IMG/VR virus record: IMGVR_UViG_3300029267_004162
Span: 186,001-250,000 of that record
Strand: one strand, 5' to 3'
DNA: 64,000 nt
A model generated the notes under the pieces. The model ran no database searches, was not told where the DNA came from, and was given only the letters and a program-made list of their open reading frames with translations. Positions 47,733 through 58,293 of the stretch are shown piece by piece. The first letter of the stretch is position 1; each line of letters starts with the position of its first letter. The position numbers and the translations under genes are program-made.

Positions 47733-48713
47733 TCATTTCTTGTCTAATGTTGTTAGACTTTCAGTAAAAGTCGGGGTTTTACCGAGGACACCCTTTTCTA
47801 TAATGTAATGGTCACCCACCCTAGTGCTGTATTGTTTAACGAATTCAGGACTCATCTTACCGTAAATTTGTCTAAGGATAGTGGGGTACCTTTGATCAAA
47901 CTTCGCTTCACGCTCACTATAATCATCTCGCAGCAATTCCACGGCGGATAGAATCTTGTTACTACCACGAAAAGTGATGGGAGCATCAATACGAAGGTTG
48001 AGAAAACCAGTGTCTCCCTTTACTTCTTGAACTTTTACGAACCAACGCATCTTTTTGATTAAGTTGGCTAGCATTCTCCGAAGAAGGGACGTAAAATGTT
48101 GTTCTTTGGAGAATTCTCTTTCCCCAGCAGAATGAGGAGGATATCGTGTGGCGTGAGCGACGCGTTCTCTCCAGTATTCCCATAGATAATTTGTGACGTG
48201 GGGGCGCAAGGCTTTCCAGCGCTTGTCTGAAAAGCTCTTAGCAAACTTGGTTTTGTGAATACCATCCCCCCGACCAGTAGCGCGGTAATCCAATGTAGCG
48301 CGAAAGTGATCTGCTGCTCGTCGGATGATTTTCTTGACCACCCGAGGATTTTTGTTTAACTCCAGTACCCAATAATTGGTAAGCTCAACCAATTTCAGCG
48401 AAGGGGCTAAGGCATCATGTGGCATGGGTAAGTTATCTTCATCCGGCAAAGCTGTTTTGGTTTCAACCTGAACTTCAAAGATAACAGGAGTACCACCAGA
48501 TTTTTCTACCGCTCGATTGGCACTACTGTAAGCGGTGAACCAATTAAACGTTAGGTAAGTCCCGGAGTAAGACCCCTTCCATATATATTCTTTTTGATCC
48601 CATACTTTTGTTTGAGGGTTGACCACAAATCCTTCACGTAGAATACGCCGTGCAGCGCGGGATGATGTCCCGTGCCAAACCCGTTTGCGGGTTGATTGTA
48701 AGTGGAAGGCCAT
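47733..48713 (-). CDS. ADP-ribosyltransferase-fold protein (H-Y type)
   Basis: VWHGTS....IL.EGF, GTYLT....AYS.A, PVIFEV. Confidence 0.6.
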   Translation of the reverse strand: MAFHLQSTRKRVWHGTSSRAARRILREGFVVNPQTKVWDQKEYIWKGSYSGTYLTFNWFTAYSSANRAVEKSGGTPVIFEVQVETKTALPDEDNLPMPHDALAPSLKLVELTNYWVLELNKNPRVVKKIIRRAADHFRATLDYRATGRGDGIHKTKFAKSFSDKRWKALRPHVTNYLWEYWRERVAHATRYPPHSAGEREFSKEQHFTSLLRRMLANLIKKMRWFVKVQEVKGDTGFLNLRIDAPITFRGSNKILSAVELLRDDYSEREAKFDQRYPTILRQIYGKMSPEFVKQYSTRVGDHYIIEKGVLGKTPTFTESLTTLDKK

Positions 48714-48739
48714 AGTCTAACCTCAGTGAAACCAAATAC

Positions 48740-48780
48740 ATTAAGTCCCCCCCTTCTTTTCACGGAAGAGGGGACTTAAT
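48740..48780. terminator. stem-loop / terminator after the sheath gene
   Basis: ATTAAGTCCCC/GGGGACTTAAT inverted repeat. Confidence 0.6.
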
Positions 48781-48797
48781 TAGCCTGAGGAAAGAAC

Positions 48798-51446
48798 TTA
48801 GCTAGACGATTTGAACGCATTCACATCGACTGAGTAAACACCGAACACTCGTTTGATCGCATAACGCAGTACGAACCAGTATTGTACGTGGTACAACGTA
48901 GGATCGACTTCATCCCGGAAGACAATGATATCCGAGTTGGGGTCTAAGTCACGGGAAGTAGCAGTCGATACCCCGGCTGAGGCATCATCACTGTATGGAG
49001 CAATGATTTGTCGGGATACGAGGACTCTCAACAGACCTGCCAAAGCAGCCCGAATCAAGAACACACCATGTTCTACGCTCATGGGGACGACACCGATTAC
49101 CAAACGGTCTAGTTCCCGACGGATGTATTTGGTACAGAATTGCTTCTGTGCCATGGCGTTGATTTCGTGATAGTCCGGAGCAGAGAAGTCTATGGTTTGG
49201 GTATCAATGATACGGTTAAAACCATTCTTTCTTTCCAGGAAGGAATAGCCCACACCACCGATTCGACGCTGCTCTTCTTCATCAAAATTCTGAAGATCAT
49301 CATAACCAGGAATGATCTTCCTCAATTCCGTTTCATGCGGCATATCAAAACTAGCCCGCAAGGCGGCCATCGCTCCAGCAATGAAGGAGCCATCCAACGT
49401 TACACGAGCAATGGTTCTGTCTTCCTGATAGAAACTTCTCTTTGCCCAGTTGTTGGCCATCAAAACGAAGAGACCACGAGGTTGGTCACCATAGACCTGG
49501 AAGGTATCAGAGAAGCTGACGAGTGTGCCCTCTTCATCATTACTAAAACCGATCTCGGTTCCAACAGGGAAACCAACCCAAGCCAAGGACTCTTTGCCTT
49601 CGAATGGATCATTACGTTCGATCATAACCTGGTAAAGAGTATCACGAACACCATGGTTACCAAGGACCACAAGGTCAGTAATCTCCTTGTTATACCGGGC
49701 TGAGTTGATGGCATTGCGATAGTCAATGTTATTGTATGTCCCATCACCATCGAGATCCTGTACCTGGATAAAGGCACAAGTCCCAAGGAAGCCAAAACTC
49801 TCATATGCGTGATCCAACATCACGGAGAGGTGATTTTCTGAAGTGGGATAACCAATCTCATCACGCCAGGTATCCCGAGTCACAAACGTGACAGCGTTGT
49901 AGGCTTCATCTGGTCGGGTGTACTGGACGGTAAGATAGTAACCCTGGCCTGGTTCTGGTGCATTGCGGTAGCTGTAATCCGCACGAACATCGACTCCAGG
50001 ATCAGATGAGAACGAGATGTATGGGGTTCCACTGATCCAGCTAAACGGGATAGGAGCGCCTGTATCAGCGTTGTATACCCCCATGACATCGGTCAACTGG
50101 GTTTCACTGACAAAGAGGTAAAAGGTTCGGCGAGTGCCAACGACTGAACCTGCGTGGTCATAGAAGATGTCCCCCGAAGTAATAATCTCACTGGTCTCTC
50201 GTTCCATGTCCCAGTTAAGACTGTCAGTGTTAATGGCGTCCAATTCAAATTCATCAGACGGATCAAAATCTTCCAGATCAGAGAAGGCCAGATAAACACC
50301 ATTTTCTAGTGGGATACGGTCTCTGGGGTACTGCACACTGTTGATTGTGGTGTTGTAGTAATCAACGACGAATACGCCACTGGCACCCTGCGGGTCGTCT
50401 GACCACCAGGAAATATCCAGGACTGATTTGGGTGAGATGGCAATCACGATGAGGATGGTTTCACCATTATTGAAGTTGGACAGATCACTGAAGGAACAAT
50501 AGAGTCCCGTACCTGCTACGACTTCAACATTCTCATTGGTGGTATTGGTAATGGCAACTGCTGGTCCCGTGTGTAGGCCAGATGGGGTGACATCGAATTC
50601 TGGACCACCGGAAGGACCAACCAATTGGAAATTGGAAATTGTCAGGGTTAGCGTACCAGCAGTACCTCCAGTATAATCGGAGGGATCATCAATAACCATG
50701 TCACCACCACCGGTAGTAACATATGTTAGGCCACTGGTGAATAATGGGGTACTAACGGTAGTTTCGTTTTCTACTAGTACGGTGTATTTCCGAGTCACAC
50801 CCTTGTACTTGCTGTCTGGGTGTAGGGCCAAGACAGGCTCAGGGATTCGGGCAGTGAATGGCTCAGGACCGATTCGGCCAGGACCAATCAATTCTGTGAT
50901 AACCTCAAAGTCAATGTCTTCCTCATAAGTCCGAGTATTGGGATTCCTACCGACTCTTAGGATGCGTTCGGTTCCAGTGATTTCAGCAATCTGACCATAC
51001 CGGTCTGGGACCTCGACTGCTGTACTCTGGTAATCTATGTAATAGTTGGCGGTTTGATCAAATCCCTCACTACTTAGTTGCAGGATTCGAAGATCACCAC
51101 TGACATCCTCAAGGAAGGTGTAGAAGCGAGGATCAATTTCTTCTTGCTCAGTTAGTCCCTTGTATAGCCGAATTCGATTGCTTTCACCGGTGAAGCGGGT
51201 GTCAACTGGGAAATCAAGAACGGCTCGATAGGGAGCGGTAGAAGTAACAAAAGCCACATATTCGGCTTGAACGAATGAACGATCAAGTGGGAAATCCTGA
51301 AGCAACCGGCTTTCCCAACCCCTGCCAATGTAGCATGGGATGCGGGGAATGTCTAAGCTAGCTACTGGTCGAGGAATATAAACCTGACCAATGTAGACGC
51401 CTGGTTTCACATAGCGAGTGGTTGTTAAACGATAATCAATAGCCAC
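48798..51446 (-). CDS. contractile tail sheath protein
   Basis: YVKPGVYIGQ N-terminus and sheath-type C-domain (IAGAMAA...EINA...IRRELDRLVIG...Y.IKRV); GTG 51446 after AGGAG. Confidence 0.8.
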   Translation of the reverse strand: MAIDYRLTTTRYVKPGVYIGQVYIPRPVASLDIPRIPCYIGRGWESRLLQDFPLDRSFVQAEYVAFVTSTAPYRAVLDFPVDTRFTGESNRIRLYKGLTEQEEIDPRFYTFLEDVSGDLRILQLSSEGFDQTANYYIDYQSTAVEVPDRYGQIAEITGTERILRVGRNPNTRTYEEDIDFEVITELIGPGRIGPEPFTARIPEPVLALHPDSKYKGVTRKYTVLVENETTVSTPLFTSGLTYVTTGGGDMVIDDPSDYTGGTAGTLTLTISNFQLVGPSGGPEFDVTPSGLHTGPAVAITNTTNENVEVVAGTGLYCSFSDLSNFNNGETILIVIAISPKSVLDISWWSDDPQGASGVFVVDYYNTTINSVQYPRDRIPLENGVYLAFSDLEDFDPSDEFELDAINTDSLNWDMERETSEIITSGDIFYDHAGSVVGTRRTFYLFVSETQLTDVMGVYNADTGAPIPFSWISGTPYISFSSDPGVDVRADYSYRNAPEPGQGYYLTVQYTRPDEAYNAVTFVTRDTWRDEIGYPTSENHLSVMLDHAYESFGFLGTCAFIQVQDLDGDGTYNNIDYRNAINSARYNKEITDLVVLGNHGVRDTLYQVMIERNDPFEGKESLAWVGFPVGTEIGFSNDEEGTLVSFSDTFQVYGDQPRGLFVLMANNWAKRSFYQEDRTIARVTLDGSFIAGAMAALRASFDMPHETELRKIIPGYDDLQNFDEEEQRRIGGVGYSFLERKNGFNRIIDTQTIDFSAPDYHEINAMAQKQFCTKYIRRELDRLVIGVVPMSVEHGVFLIRAALAGLLRVLVSRQIIAPYSDDASAGVSTATSRDLDPNSDIIVFRDEVDPTLYHVQYWFVLRYAIKRVFGVYSVDVNAFKSSS

Positions 51447-51502
51447 AGTATTCTCCTGGGAGGGTTTCGTTATTAAAGAGCCTTCACTTCTATTCAAAAA
51501 CT

Positions 51503-53758
51503 TTGCTTGGTGAAGGAAAAAAGAAGAATTCGTCAAAAAGGAAAGATTGTTTTTCCACCTCTAAAAAGTATTGGAGAGGTATTGCCTTGGACGGAATAAC
51601 ACTAAGAGAATATCAAAAACCAGCCTTGTCTGAGCTGTTACGGGAAATGGACAAAGCTTTTGCTTCAAAAGGTCCCTCTTTCGTCGGGTTGGAGGGTTCA
51701 ACAGGGTCGGGGAAAACCATCGTCTCTTTGGTCGCTGTTTTTCGACACATTAGGACTTTACCGCCTGAGGGGAGGCCACGGGTATACGCTTTTGTGCGTA
51801 CTCGTTCTCAGATGCAATCTTTTCTTCGAGATTGCACTCTTGTTGGAATACCAGCAATTGGGCTACCTTCTAAATCCACGTGTTGTCCAAATGATGTGAC
51901 TAAAGAATTGGAAGATCCAACCGAGCTTTACAATCAGATTAACACGGCAGAAGAAGAAATTCCCGAAGCCAAATCTGAAGGAGCAAAGAGGGGGCTTCGA
52001 AAAAGCAAAGGACACAGCGGTGAGCGACAGCGGTTGCTGGACAGAATAGAAGACACAGTGGATGGCCGCTGTGTCACGTGCCCTATGAATCCCCTCTTTT
52101 ATGAGTCGTATCGAGAAAACACTGATTCGGAGTTTAAGAAGAAACACGCGAAACGCTTGGGAGCCTTGGAAGAGTACGACCAGCAATTTGGGGTACGTAC
52201 TCACGGTCTAAGTGCCAGGTTCGTTGAAATCCTGAAAGACCTTCAGGATCTGGATCAAGCTCGTGAGAATTTCAAAAAGGAATTCCCATATGCCTGTCCA
52301 TATCCCCTTGTAAAAGCGGTTTTGAAAAACTATCCCCTTATCATTCTGACATACCCTTATATCCTGAATCACAGCATCCGGGAGCTGATGTTCAACGAGA
52401 GATTCCTTGGTAATCCCTCCATAGTCATTATGGACGAAGCTCACCACATGGACCAAATCAAGGATAACTCTAATCACACTCTGTCCGTGTATATTCTGAA
52501 AAGATTATCCGCAGCGTACCGCAAAGGCAAAAGCCAGATTCCAGCCTCTATTGCTGGACGCTGTGGTCGGATGGTTCAGACCATTGATTTTGTTTTGGAT
52601 AGGTGGCAGAATTTCAAAGGAAGAGGATCGCAACGGCTTACACCCCAACATTTCACTCAATTGTTTGGGGATGTCAACAAAGTTCTGACGACATGCGAGT
52701 ATTTTAGGGCCGTCTTTATATTCATCTCCACTTTCAAAGATAAACAACTTTCACACAAGGGTACCCTTGACAATCAAGATAGGGGTCTGTTACGAACCCT
52801 GACTTCAATTGCAACCTTTGGTAAGCTCGTCTGGACGATAGCCGAGTCTTTAGCCAGAACCCACCCCAAGTTCGGGGCCACGGTGCAGGTAGCGCATTTG
52901 GCTAAAATGGATATAGATCCTGCTCTTGTCTCTTCAGGAAGGGCGATGGATAAAGGGCATCACATTCGTTCGTATTGTGATTTTGAACGCCAAGCCCTCT
53001 CAGTCCAATCCTTAGATTACAGTCCTGACATCGCTAGAGCCTTCAAGGCTACCTCGGTCGTGCTGATGTTAAGTGGAACTCTACCCAGTCCTGCTTCATT
53101 CCGGTATTTATTTGGCATCTCTCCCGCCTTAGTAAAAATGAACGCAAAAGTGGGGGCATCATCGGTGCTAAAGGTTCAAGGGGTGACAAGTAAGTGGGGT
53201 GATCGGGGGGACAAAACGTATAGAACTTATGGGGACATCGTTCAAGAACTGCACAAGCAAGCTGCTCGTAATACACTGGTCGTTTTCACTTCAAACGCGT
53301 TCATGAATGCCTGCGCTAGGTTTATGCCGCCAGTGGCGTGGTACGAAACAAATCAGACCACAACTGATTTGTTAGAAGCTCTGCGGGTTAGAAAAAAGCC
53401 AAACATCTATTGTATCGTAGCAGGGTCCAGACTATCTGAAGGAGTTGAATTCGTTAATGAAGAGGGACTAAGTTATTTTGATGTATCAGTCATCTGTGGG
53501 ATTCCTCTTCCCCCGCCCACTCCCATGACTGATGACCAAACAGAATACCTTCAGATTAAGAAGAGAGTGTCGGCGGGAGTAGCACGAGAACTACTATCTT
53601 TTGAGGTAGGATATCAAAAAGTTCGTCAAGCCTTTGGTCGATGTGTTCGAGGCCCCAAAGATAGTGTGCAGGTCTTTTTGGCCGATGATAGGTATATTTC
53701 CTGGCGGTTTTGGAAGAATAAATTTCCGGTTGGTCATCTAACCTGGGAACAAGACTGA
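51503..53758 (+). CDS. DinG/XPD (Rad3) Fe-S helicase
   Basis: LREYQ, TGSGKT, CPY, DEAH, LSGTL, SEGVEF, GIPLP, QAFGRCVR; start probably near 51587. Confidence 0.9.
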   Translation: MLGEGKKKNSSKRKDCFSTSKKYWRGIALDGITLREYQKPALSELLREMDKAFASKGPSFVGLEGSTGSGKTIVSLVAVFRHIRTLPPEGRPRVYAFVRTRSQMQSFLRDCTLVGIPAIGLPSKSTCCPNDVTKELEDPTELYNQINTAEEEIPEAKSEGAKRGLRKSKGHSGERQRLLDRIEDTVDGRCVTCPMNPLFYESYRENTDSEFKKKHAKRLGALEEYDQQFGVRTHGLSARFVEILKDLQDLDQARENFKKEFPYACPYPLVKAVLKNYPLIILTYPYILNHSIRELMFNERFLGNPSIVIMDEAHHMDQIKDNSNHTLSVYILKRLSAAYRKGKSQIPASIAGRCGRMVQTIDFVLDRWQNFKGRGSQRLTPQHFTQLFGDVNKVLTTCEYFRAVFIFISTFKDKQLSHKGTLDNQDRGLLRTLTSIATFGKLVWTIAESLARTHPKFGATVQVAHLAKMDIDPALVSSGRAMDKGHHIRSYCDFERQALSVQSLDYSPDIARAFKATSVVLMLSGTLPSPASFRYLFGISPALVKMNAKVGASSVLKVQGVTSKWGDRGDKTYRTYGDIVQELHKQAARNTLVVFTSNAFMNACARFMPPVAWYETNQTTTDLLEALRVRKKPNIYCIVAGSRLSEGVEFVNEEGLSYFDVSVICGIPLPPPTPMTDDQTEYLQIKKRVSAGVARELLSFEVGYQKVRQAFGRCVRGPKDSVQVFLADDRYISWRFWKNKFPVGHLTWEQD

Positions 53759-53766
53759 GGTGTATT

Positions 53767-54372
53767 TTGCGCAAGCCTGATTTTGAAGCATACCTATTAG
53801 AACTCAACTGTCTTAGCCATCGTAGGATAGTTTTCTTAGGCCGGGGTGTAAATGATGACGAGGAATCCGGGGTGGATACAGAGATGGTTAGGAAAGCCTC
53901 CCTGGCTCTTCTCGAACTAGATGCCGCAGAAGAAAAACCCATAGGGATTTTGATTCACAGTTTTGGTGGAGATGTGCTGGCGGGGTATAGCCTGTTTGAT
54001 CTAATCTCAGGTTGTAGGAGTCATGTTACCACAGTGGTGTGTGGTGCTGCGTGTTCTGCTGCTAGTTTCTTTATGCAAGCCGCCGACGAGCGCGTGATAA
54101 CCCCCAATTCTTGGTTGATGCTTCATGACGGTTTTTATTCCATGTCTGACATGAAAAAGAAAGACGCCATGGAGACGATACGGGTGTACAAAGAGTGGTC
54201 AGACCAGTTTGCTCGTGTATACATGGAGAAGATGGGGTTGTCCCTTTCTCGCGTAAAGAAGATTTTGGAAAATGATAAATGGATCGGGGCTAAAGAAGCA
54301 ATCGAAATGAAATTAGTTGACCGAATCGCTCCAACCTGGAAAGACGCTTTGCCAACGGCCTATACTGGGTAA
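53767..54372 (+). CDS. clpP: ClpP-like protease subunit
   Basis: HSFGGDV, ACSAAS (Ser), MLH (His), DKW..A.EA...LVD. Confidence 0.85.
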   Translation: MRKPDFEAYLLELNCLSHRRIVFLGRGVNDDEESGVDTEMVRKASLALLELDAAEEKPIGILIHSFGGDVLAGYSLFDLISGCRSHVTTVVCGAACSAASFFMQAADERVITPNSWLMLHDGFYSMSDMKKKDAMETIRVYKEWSDQFARVYMEKMGLSLSRVKKILENDKWIGAKEAIEMKLVDRIAPTWKDALPTAYTG

Positions 54373-54376
54373 CTTG

Positions 54377-55300
54377 ATGAGCATTCGAACTCAGACAGAA
54401 ATTTGGCGTAGGCTAAATGAGCTTAGGTTCGACACCGCTAAGGCTCAGGAGACTCGAAAAGATTACGTCTTCCGATGTTGTTTTCACAAGGAAAACACAC
54501 CATCTCTCTATGTGAATAAAGAAAAGGGTTTCTTCTTTTGTTTTGGTTGTGGCGAAAAGGGGTCTTTCGATAAACTAGTTCGTCATTTGGGGGGCGACGT
54601 TAAGGAAAGAAAAAAGCACACGGCTGAACAAGAAATACACCAACTTCTTGAAACGGTTAGCCCGCAAAAAGACCTAAAAAGGGTCACATATGGAATGTGT
54701 TTGAGCCCCGTCACATTTGAGTGGAGAGGGTTTAGCCCCGGTTTCTTAGGGGAAATGGGTTGTAAACTGTGGGAACAAGATGTTTCGCGGGGAACGATAG
54801 TCAAGTACATCCCAAGAATTCATATGCCCATTGAGATGAAGGGAATTCGATATGGCTATGCTGCTTGTATGGTTAACAGGAGTAACGCAACCGAAGTCGA
54901 GACATACAAAAAGATACTGTATAATTCTGGGTTGAAGATGTCCGCCCTATTCATGGGGTTTGATCGATTGAAACCCAACCGAGAAATTGTTCTGGTAGAA
55001 GGACCAGTTGATTGGTTGCGGATGAAACAGTACGGGTTTAACGTGGTCTCCATACTAGGGACTACCGGATGGTCTCCAGGGAAAGCTACCTCTCTGTTGG
55101 CGAAATCTCCCAGAAAAATCTTCATATGTATGGACGGAGACAAAGCAGGCAGGAAAGCAGGCAGGATTATCCTTAATTCGTTATCAAAGTATCCTGTCCC
55201 AGCAAAGGAAATCAGGTTGCCAGAGAAAGAAGACCCAGATAGTGTGCGACCTGATTTTTGGGCTGAAATGATCGGAGAGATCAAGAAGGTGAGAAAATGA
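54377..55300 (+). CDS. dnaG: DNA primase (CHC2 Zn finger + TOPRIM)
   Basis: CCFHKENTPS, FCFGCGEKG, VEGPVD, DGDKAG, DPD. Confidence 0.9.
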   Translation: MSIRTQTEIWRRLNELRFDTAKAQETRKDYVFRCCFHKENTPSLYVNKEKGFFFCFGCGEKGSFDKLVRHLGGDVKERKKHTAEQEIHQLLETVSPQKDLKRVTYGMCLSPVTFEWRGFSPGFLGEMGCKLWEQDVSRGTIVKYIPRIHMPIEMKGIRYGYAACMVNRSNATEVETYKKILYNSGLKMSALFMGFDRLKPNREIVLVEGPVDWLRMKQYGFNVVSILGTTGWSPGKATSLLAKSPRKIFICMDGDKAGRKAGRIILNSLSKYPVPAKEIRLPEKEDPDSVRPDFWAEMIGEIKKVRK

Positions 55301-55659
55301 AAGTCACGAAAGCTTTTTGTAACTTGACTGGACAAGAGTTATCTCACGGAGTAAGTTTCGATTCTGGTGAGTCTCACTGGGATTTTCGAGAGGATTTTGG
55401 AGCTTTGTTGTTGGCGACCATGGGTGGGCCTCATGAAGTGTCGCTTTTTAGTCGGGCGATACAACTTTTAGCCGAAGCCGAAATCAAGGTTACGATTGTG
55501 GGTTTTCAAATTAATCGGATTCGTAATGCCAAGGAATTAACAGTCATGGTACCGAAGGAGGAATTCTCTCACGCACTTGACATTTGCAAAGAAAAAACTG
55601 TACCTGTTGTTGGTCATGAAGACACATTTTTGGAATTCGTTGAAAGTCTACTAATCTAG
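55297..55659 (+). CDS. hypothetical protein
   Basis: ATGA-coupled 120-aa ORF. Confidence 0.55.
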   Translation: MKVTKAFCNLTGQELSHGVSFDSGESHWDFREDFGALLLATMGGPHEVSLFSRAIQLLAEAEIKVTIVGFQINRIRNAKELTVMVPKEEFSHALDICKEKTVPVVGHEDTFLEFVESLLI

Positions 55660-55668
55660 GAGCAGATC

Positions 55669-55992
55669 ATGGCGAAGAAAGAACAACCAAAACCCCGGAC
55701 CAAAACTCAATTAGTCTCGGAGATCGCTGAACGGGTGGGCTATACTAAGGCTGAAGTAAGGGCGGTTTTTGAAGCTATTCAAGAGATTATTGCTGAGGAT
55801 TTGTCACCCAAGGGGCCGGAATCATTTAACTTGTATGGCATATTGAAGATCAATGTGAAACACACTCCGGCGATGCCCGAACGTCCAGGTGTGAATCCTG
55901 GCACTGGGGAACCCACTACTTATCGTGCCAAACCCGCAGGGAAGAAAATTAAGATTCGTCCTCTGAAACCTCTTAAGGATGCATTGGTCTAG
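55669..55992 (+). CDS. HU/IHF-family DNA-binding protein
   Basis: TKTQLV.EIAE, RPGVNPGTGEP, AKPA.K.IK.RPLK.LKD. Confidence 0.9.
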   Translation: MAKKEQPKPRTKTQLVSEIAERVGYTKAEVRAVFEAIQEIIAEDLSPKGPESFNLYGILKINVKHTPAMPERPGVNPGTGEPTTYRAKPAGKKIKIRPLKPLKDALV

Positions 55993-56007
55993 TGTCTTCC
56001 TTTCCTT

Positions 56008-56040
56008 GCGCCCCGTAGTCCCACTGGGGCTGCGGGGTGT
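56008..56040 (+). promoter_or_regulatory. 15-bp GC-rich hairpin overlapping the next start codon
   Basis: GCGCCCCGTAGTCCC-ACT-GGGGCTGCGGGGTGT. Confidence 0.6.
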
Positions 56041-57023
56041 TTGAATTAGCTGAGGATGAATTGGCAAGATTACCCCAATTTTTACAGGACATCGCGACTC
56101 AGTTGGAACACCTTTGGAAAGAGGGACAGGCGGTTCCCACTTTTCCTCAGTCTCGGATGTCTCGACAACCCTTTTGTCCCCGAGCCATGTATTATGATTT
56201 CAACGATAAAACCGCAGAAGCTGAATTCTCTTGGTCTAGTGACCTGATTCTTTCCGTTGGGACAGCCATCCACGAGGTTATGCAGAGGTGGATTCCTCTA
56301 AAGATCGAGACCTTCGGGAATTGGGTATGTGATGGAGGAAACTCCCCCAGATCAGGATGCGGGTACAAAACGAAGGAACCTGTTTGGCACAAGGGATTGT
56401 GCCCCAAGTGTAAGCGAGAGATGCTCACCTATGTGGAGCTTGAGTTTCGGGACAAAAGACTAGGCCAAGTGTTCCAGGACGGGGACCAATGGATTGAACA
56501 CCCTCACACCGGGCATTGCGATGGAGTTTGGCGGTGGGAAGATCTGATCATTCTTGTAGATTACAAGACGACTACTCCAGAGAGTCTGAAATTCATGTGT
56601 GGTTATCCCTCATACTCTCACCAGACACAGACTACAATCTACGCGGAAAAACTGCTAGCTCAGTACAATCTCAAAACTGATTTTATCGTTGTTTTTTACA
56701 TCAATAGAGATGTCAGCACCAGACGGTTCAATTGGGAGTTGATGTGTCTTGAACCAGACTGGGCATTGTATGAAACCTATGCACGGGCAATTGAATATGG
56801 GTGGAAGTGCATTCGGAACAACAAGGTACCGCGATGGGGAATCTGTCATTCAACAGCTAACACCTACTTCTGCCCGCATACAGACAGATGTTTTGCGAAT
56901 TGTGATAGTCCGGCTAGCCGAAACTCAAAGGTAGCCGACATTCTCAGTGGTGGGGAATCGGAGGGTCTGAGTGACGCCCTAGGGAAATGGGATCTTGGGG
57001 GTGGAGATAACTCGGGATACTAA
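56037..57023 (+). CDS. Cas4-like PD-(D/E)xK exonuclease
   Basis: CPR, GTAIH, GHCDG, DYKT, QTTIY, C-terminal C..FCP...C. Confidence 0.8.
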   Translation: MFELAEDELARLPQFLQDIATQLEHLWKEGQAVPTFPQSRMSRQPFCPRAMYYDFNDKTAEAEFSWSSDLILSVGTAIHEVMQRWIPLKIETFGNWVCDGGNSPRSGCGYKTKEPVWHKGLCPKCKREMLTYVELEFRDKRLGQVFQDGDQWIEHPHTGHCDGVWRWEDLIILVDYKTTTPESLKFMCGYPSYSHQTQTTIYAEKLLAQYNLKTDFIVVFYINRDVSTRRFNWELMCLEPDWALYETYARAIEYGWKCIRNNKVPRWGICHSTANTYFCPHTDRCFANCDSPASRNSKVADILSGGESEGLSDALGKWDLGGGDNSGY

Positions 57024-57230
57024 AATGAAAACTGAGCCTTTTCAAAATCAACTTGTCGCGGTTGGTACTGTTCAAACACTAACGCAACATTGTGTTGTCT
57101 GCCCGGGGTGTCATAGGCGAGGCCCTCTTCGTAGTACGATTGCGGCGGCGTGGCGCGCGGCAGACTTACGGGGTTGGGCCGAAATGTGAAGAGAAGAAAG
57201 ATGTAGTGTTCGCGGCGAAAGGATTGACTG

Positions 57231-57518
57231 ATGAAACAAACACAGGAAATTGATCGGTGCGGCTCTTTGGAAATGCCCCGGTATAGGTGTTACAAAACAG
57301 TACACGCTTTGAAGCTGGCGGCGGTACAATTGGCCGCAGACGGGGCGACTGCTGTGCTAACGCCATGCGAAGATCGTTACGCGCCTTTCGAGGTGCCCGG
57401 CGAGTATATCGACAAGCACAATCCCCAACCCGGCGGCTACTACGTCGTTTACGCGGACGGCTACAAGTCGTTCAGCCCTGCCGAGGCGTTCGAGGCCGGA
57501 TACGTCTTGGAGGAGTAA
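57231..57518 (+). CDS. conserved small phage protein (candidate nucleotide sponge)
   Basis: MPRYRCYKTVHALK...GGYYVVYADGYKSFSPAEAFEAGY. Confidence 0.7.
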   Translation: MKQTQEIDRCGSLEMPRYRCYKTVHALKLAAVQLAADGATAVLTPCEDRYAPFEVPGEYIDKHNPQPGGYYVVYADGYKSFSPAEAFEAGYVLEE

Positions 57519-57570
57519 ATCATGGGTCTGCTACTAATCGCCCGAACCACTGGAACCATTTGGAATACGA

Positions 57571-57975
57571 ATGAAAACTGAACGGACATTGGTCATACTG
57601 AAACCTGATTGCATACGTCGTCATCTGATAGGTCAAGTGATAGACCGTCTTGAGAGAGGTGGGTTGTGTATTGAATTCTTACGTCTTACCACCCTGCCCC
57701 GTTTTGTGGTCGAAGAGCATTATGCTGAACACGAAAAGAAACCCTTCTTTCAAGACTTGGTAACCTTCCTGGTGTCGGGACCAGTCATTGTGATGATGCT
57801 CTCCGGCGTCCGAGCCGTTTCGATTGTCAGGAAACTAGTCGGAGACACTGATAGTGATTTTGCTAGTCCTGGAACCATCCGGGGAGATTGGGGAATGGGG
57901 ATGCAGAATCTGATTCACGCAAGTAGTTCTGTGGAAGCCGCTGAGAAAGAGCTTGCCATTTTGAGTGTGTGTTGA
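57571..57975 (+). CDS. ndk: nucleoside diphosphate kinase
   Basis: ERTLVILKPD, HYAEH..KPFF, PGTIRGD, NLIHAS. Confidence 0.95.
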   Translation: MKTERTLVILKPDCIRRHLIGQVIDRLERGGLCIEFLRLTTLPRFVVEEHYAEHEKKPFFQDLVTFLVSGPVIVMMLSGVRAVSIVRKLVGDTDSDFASPGTIRGDWGMGMQNLIHASSSVEAAEKELAILSVC

Positions 57976-57992
57976 CTAGTGAGTAATATGAG

Positions 57993-58283
57993 ATGGACGG
58001 ACCACAAAAAGCTGTAGCCATTTATCACCAAGTACAGGAAATGCTGGCCTTAATTCGTCAGGTCAGAAATAGTACCAGGGTTGATAAACTATTCGTTGGG
58101 CTGGGGGTATTTCGTCTTTTGGGATTTATCGCTAATAATTCCAAAGTGGATTTGGAACGTCCGAAAGTGTATTACCAATTTAGAACAACACGCATCGAAA
58201 ATGCGGATGATTTTCTTAGTGTGGTGGAAGAATACTGTAATAAAATATGTGATCAACTTGTGATTGACATATCTCCAGGCTAG
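57993..58283 (+). CDS. hypothetical protein
   Basis: 96-aa ORF in operon. Confidence 0.55.
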   Translation: MDGPQKAVAIYHQVQEMLALIRQVRNSTRVDKLFVGLGVFRLLGFIANNSKVDLERPKVYYQFRTTRIENADDFLSVVEEYCNKICDQLVIDISPG

Positions 58284-58293
58284 GAGTAAGAGA

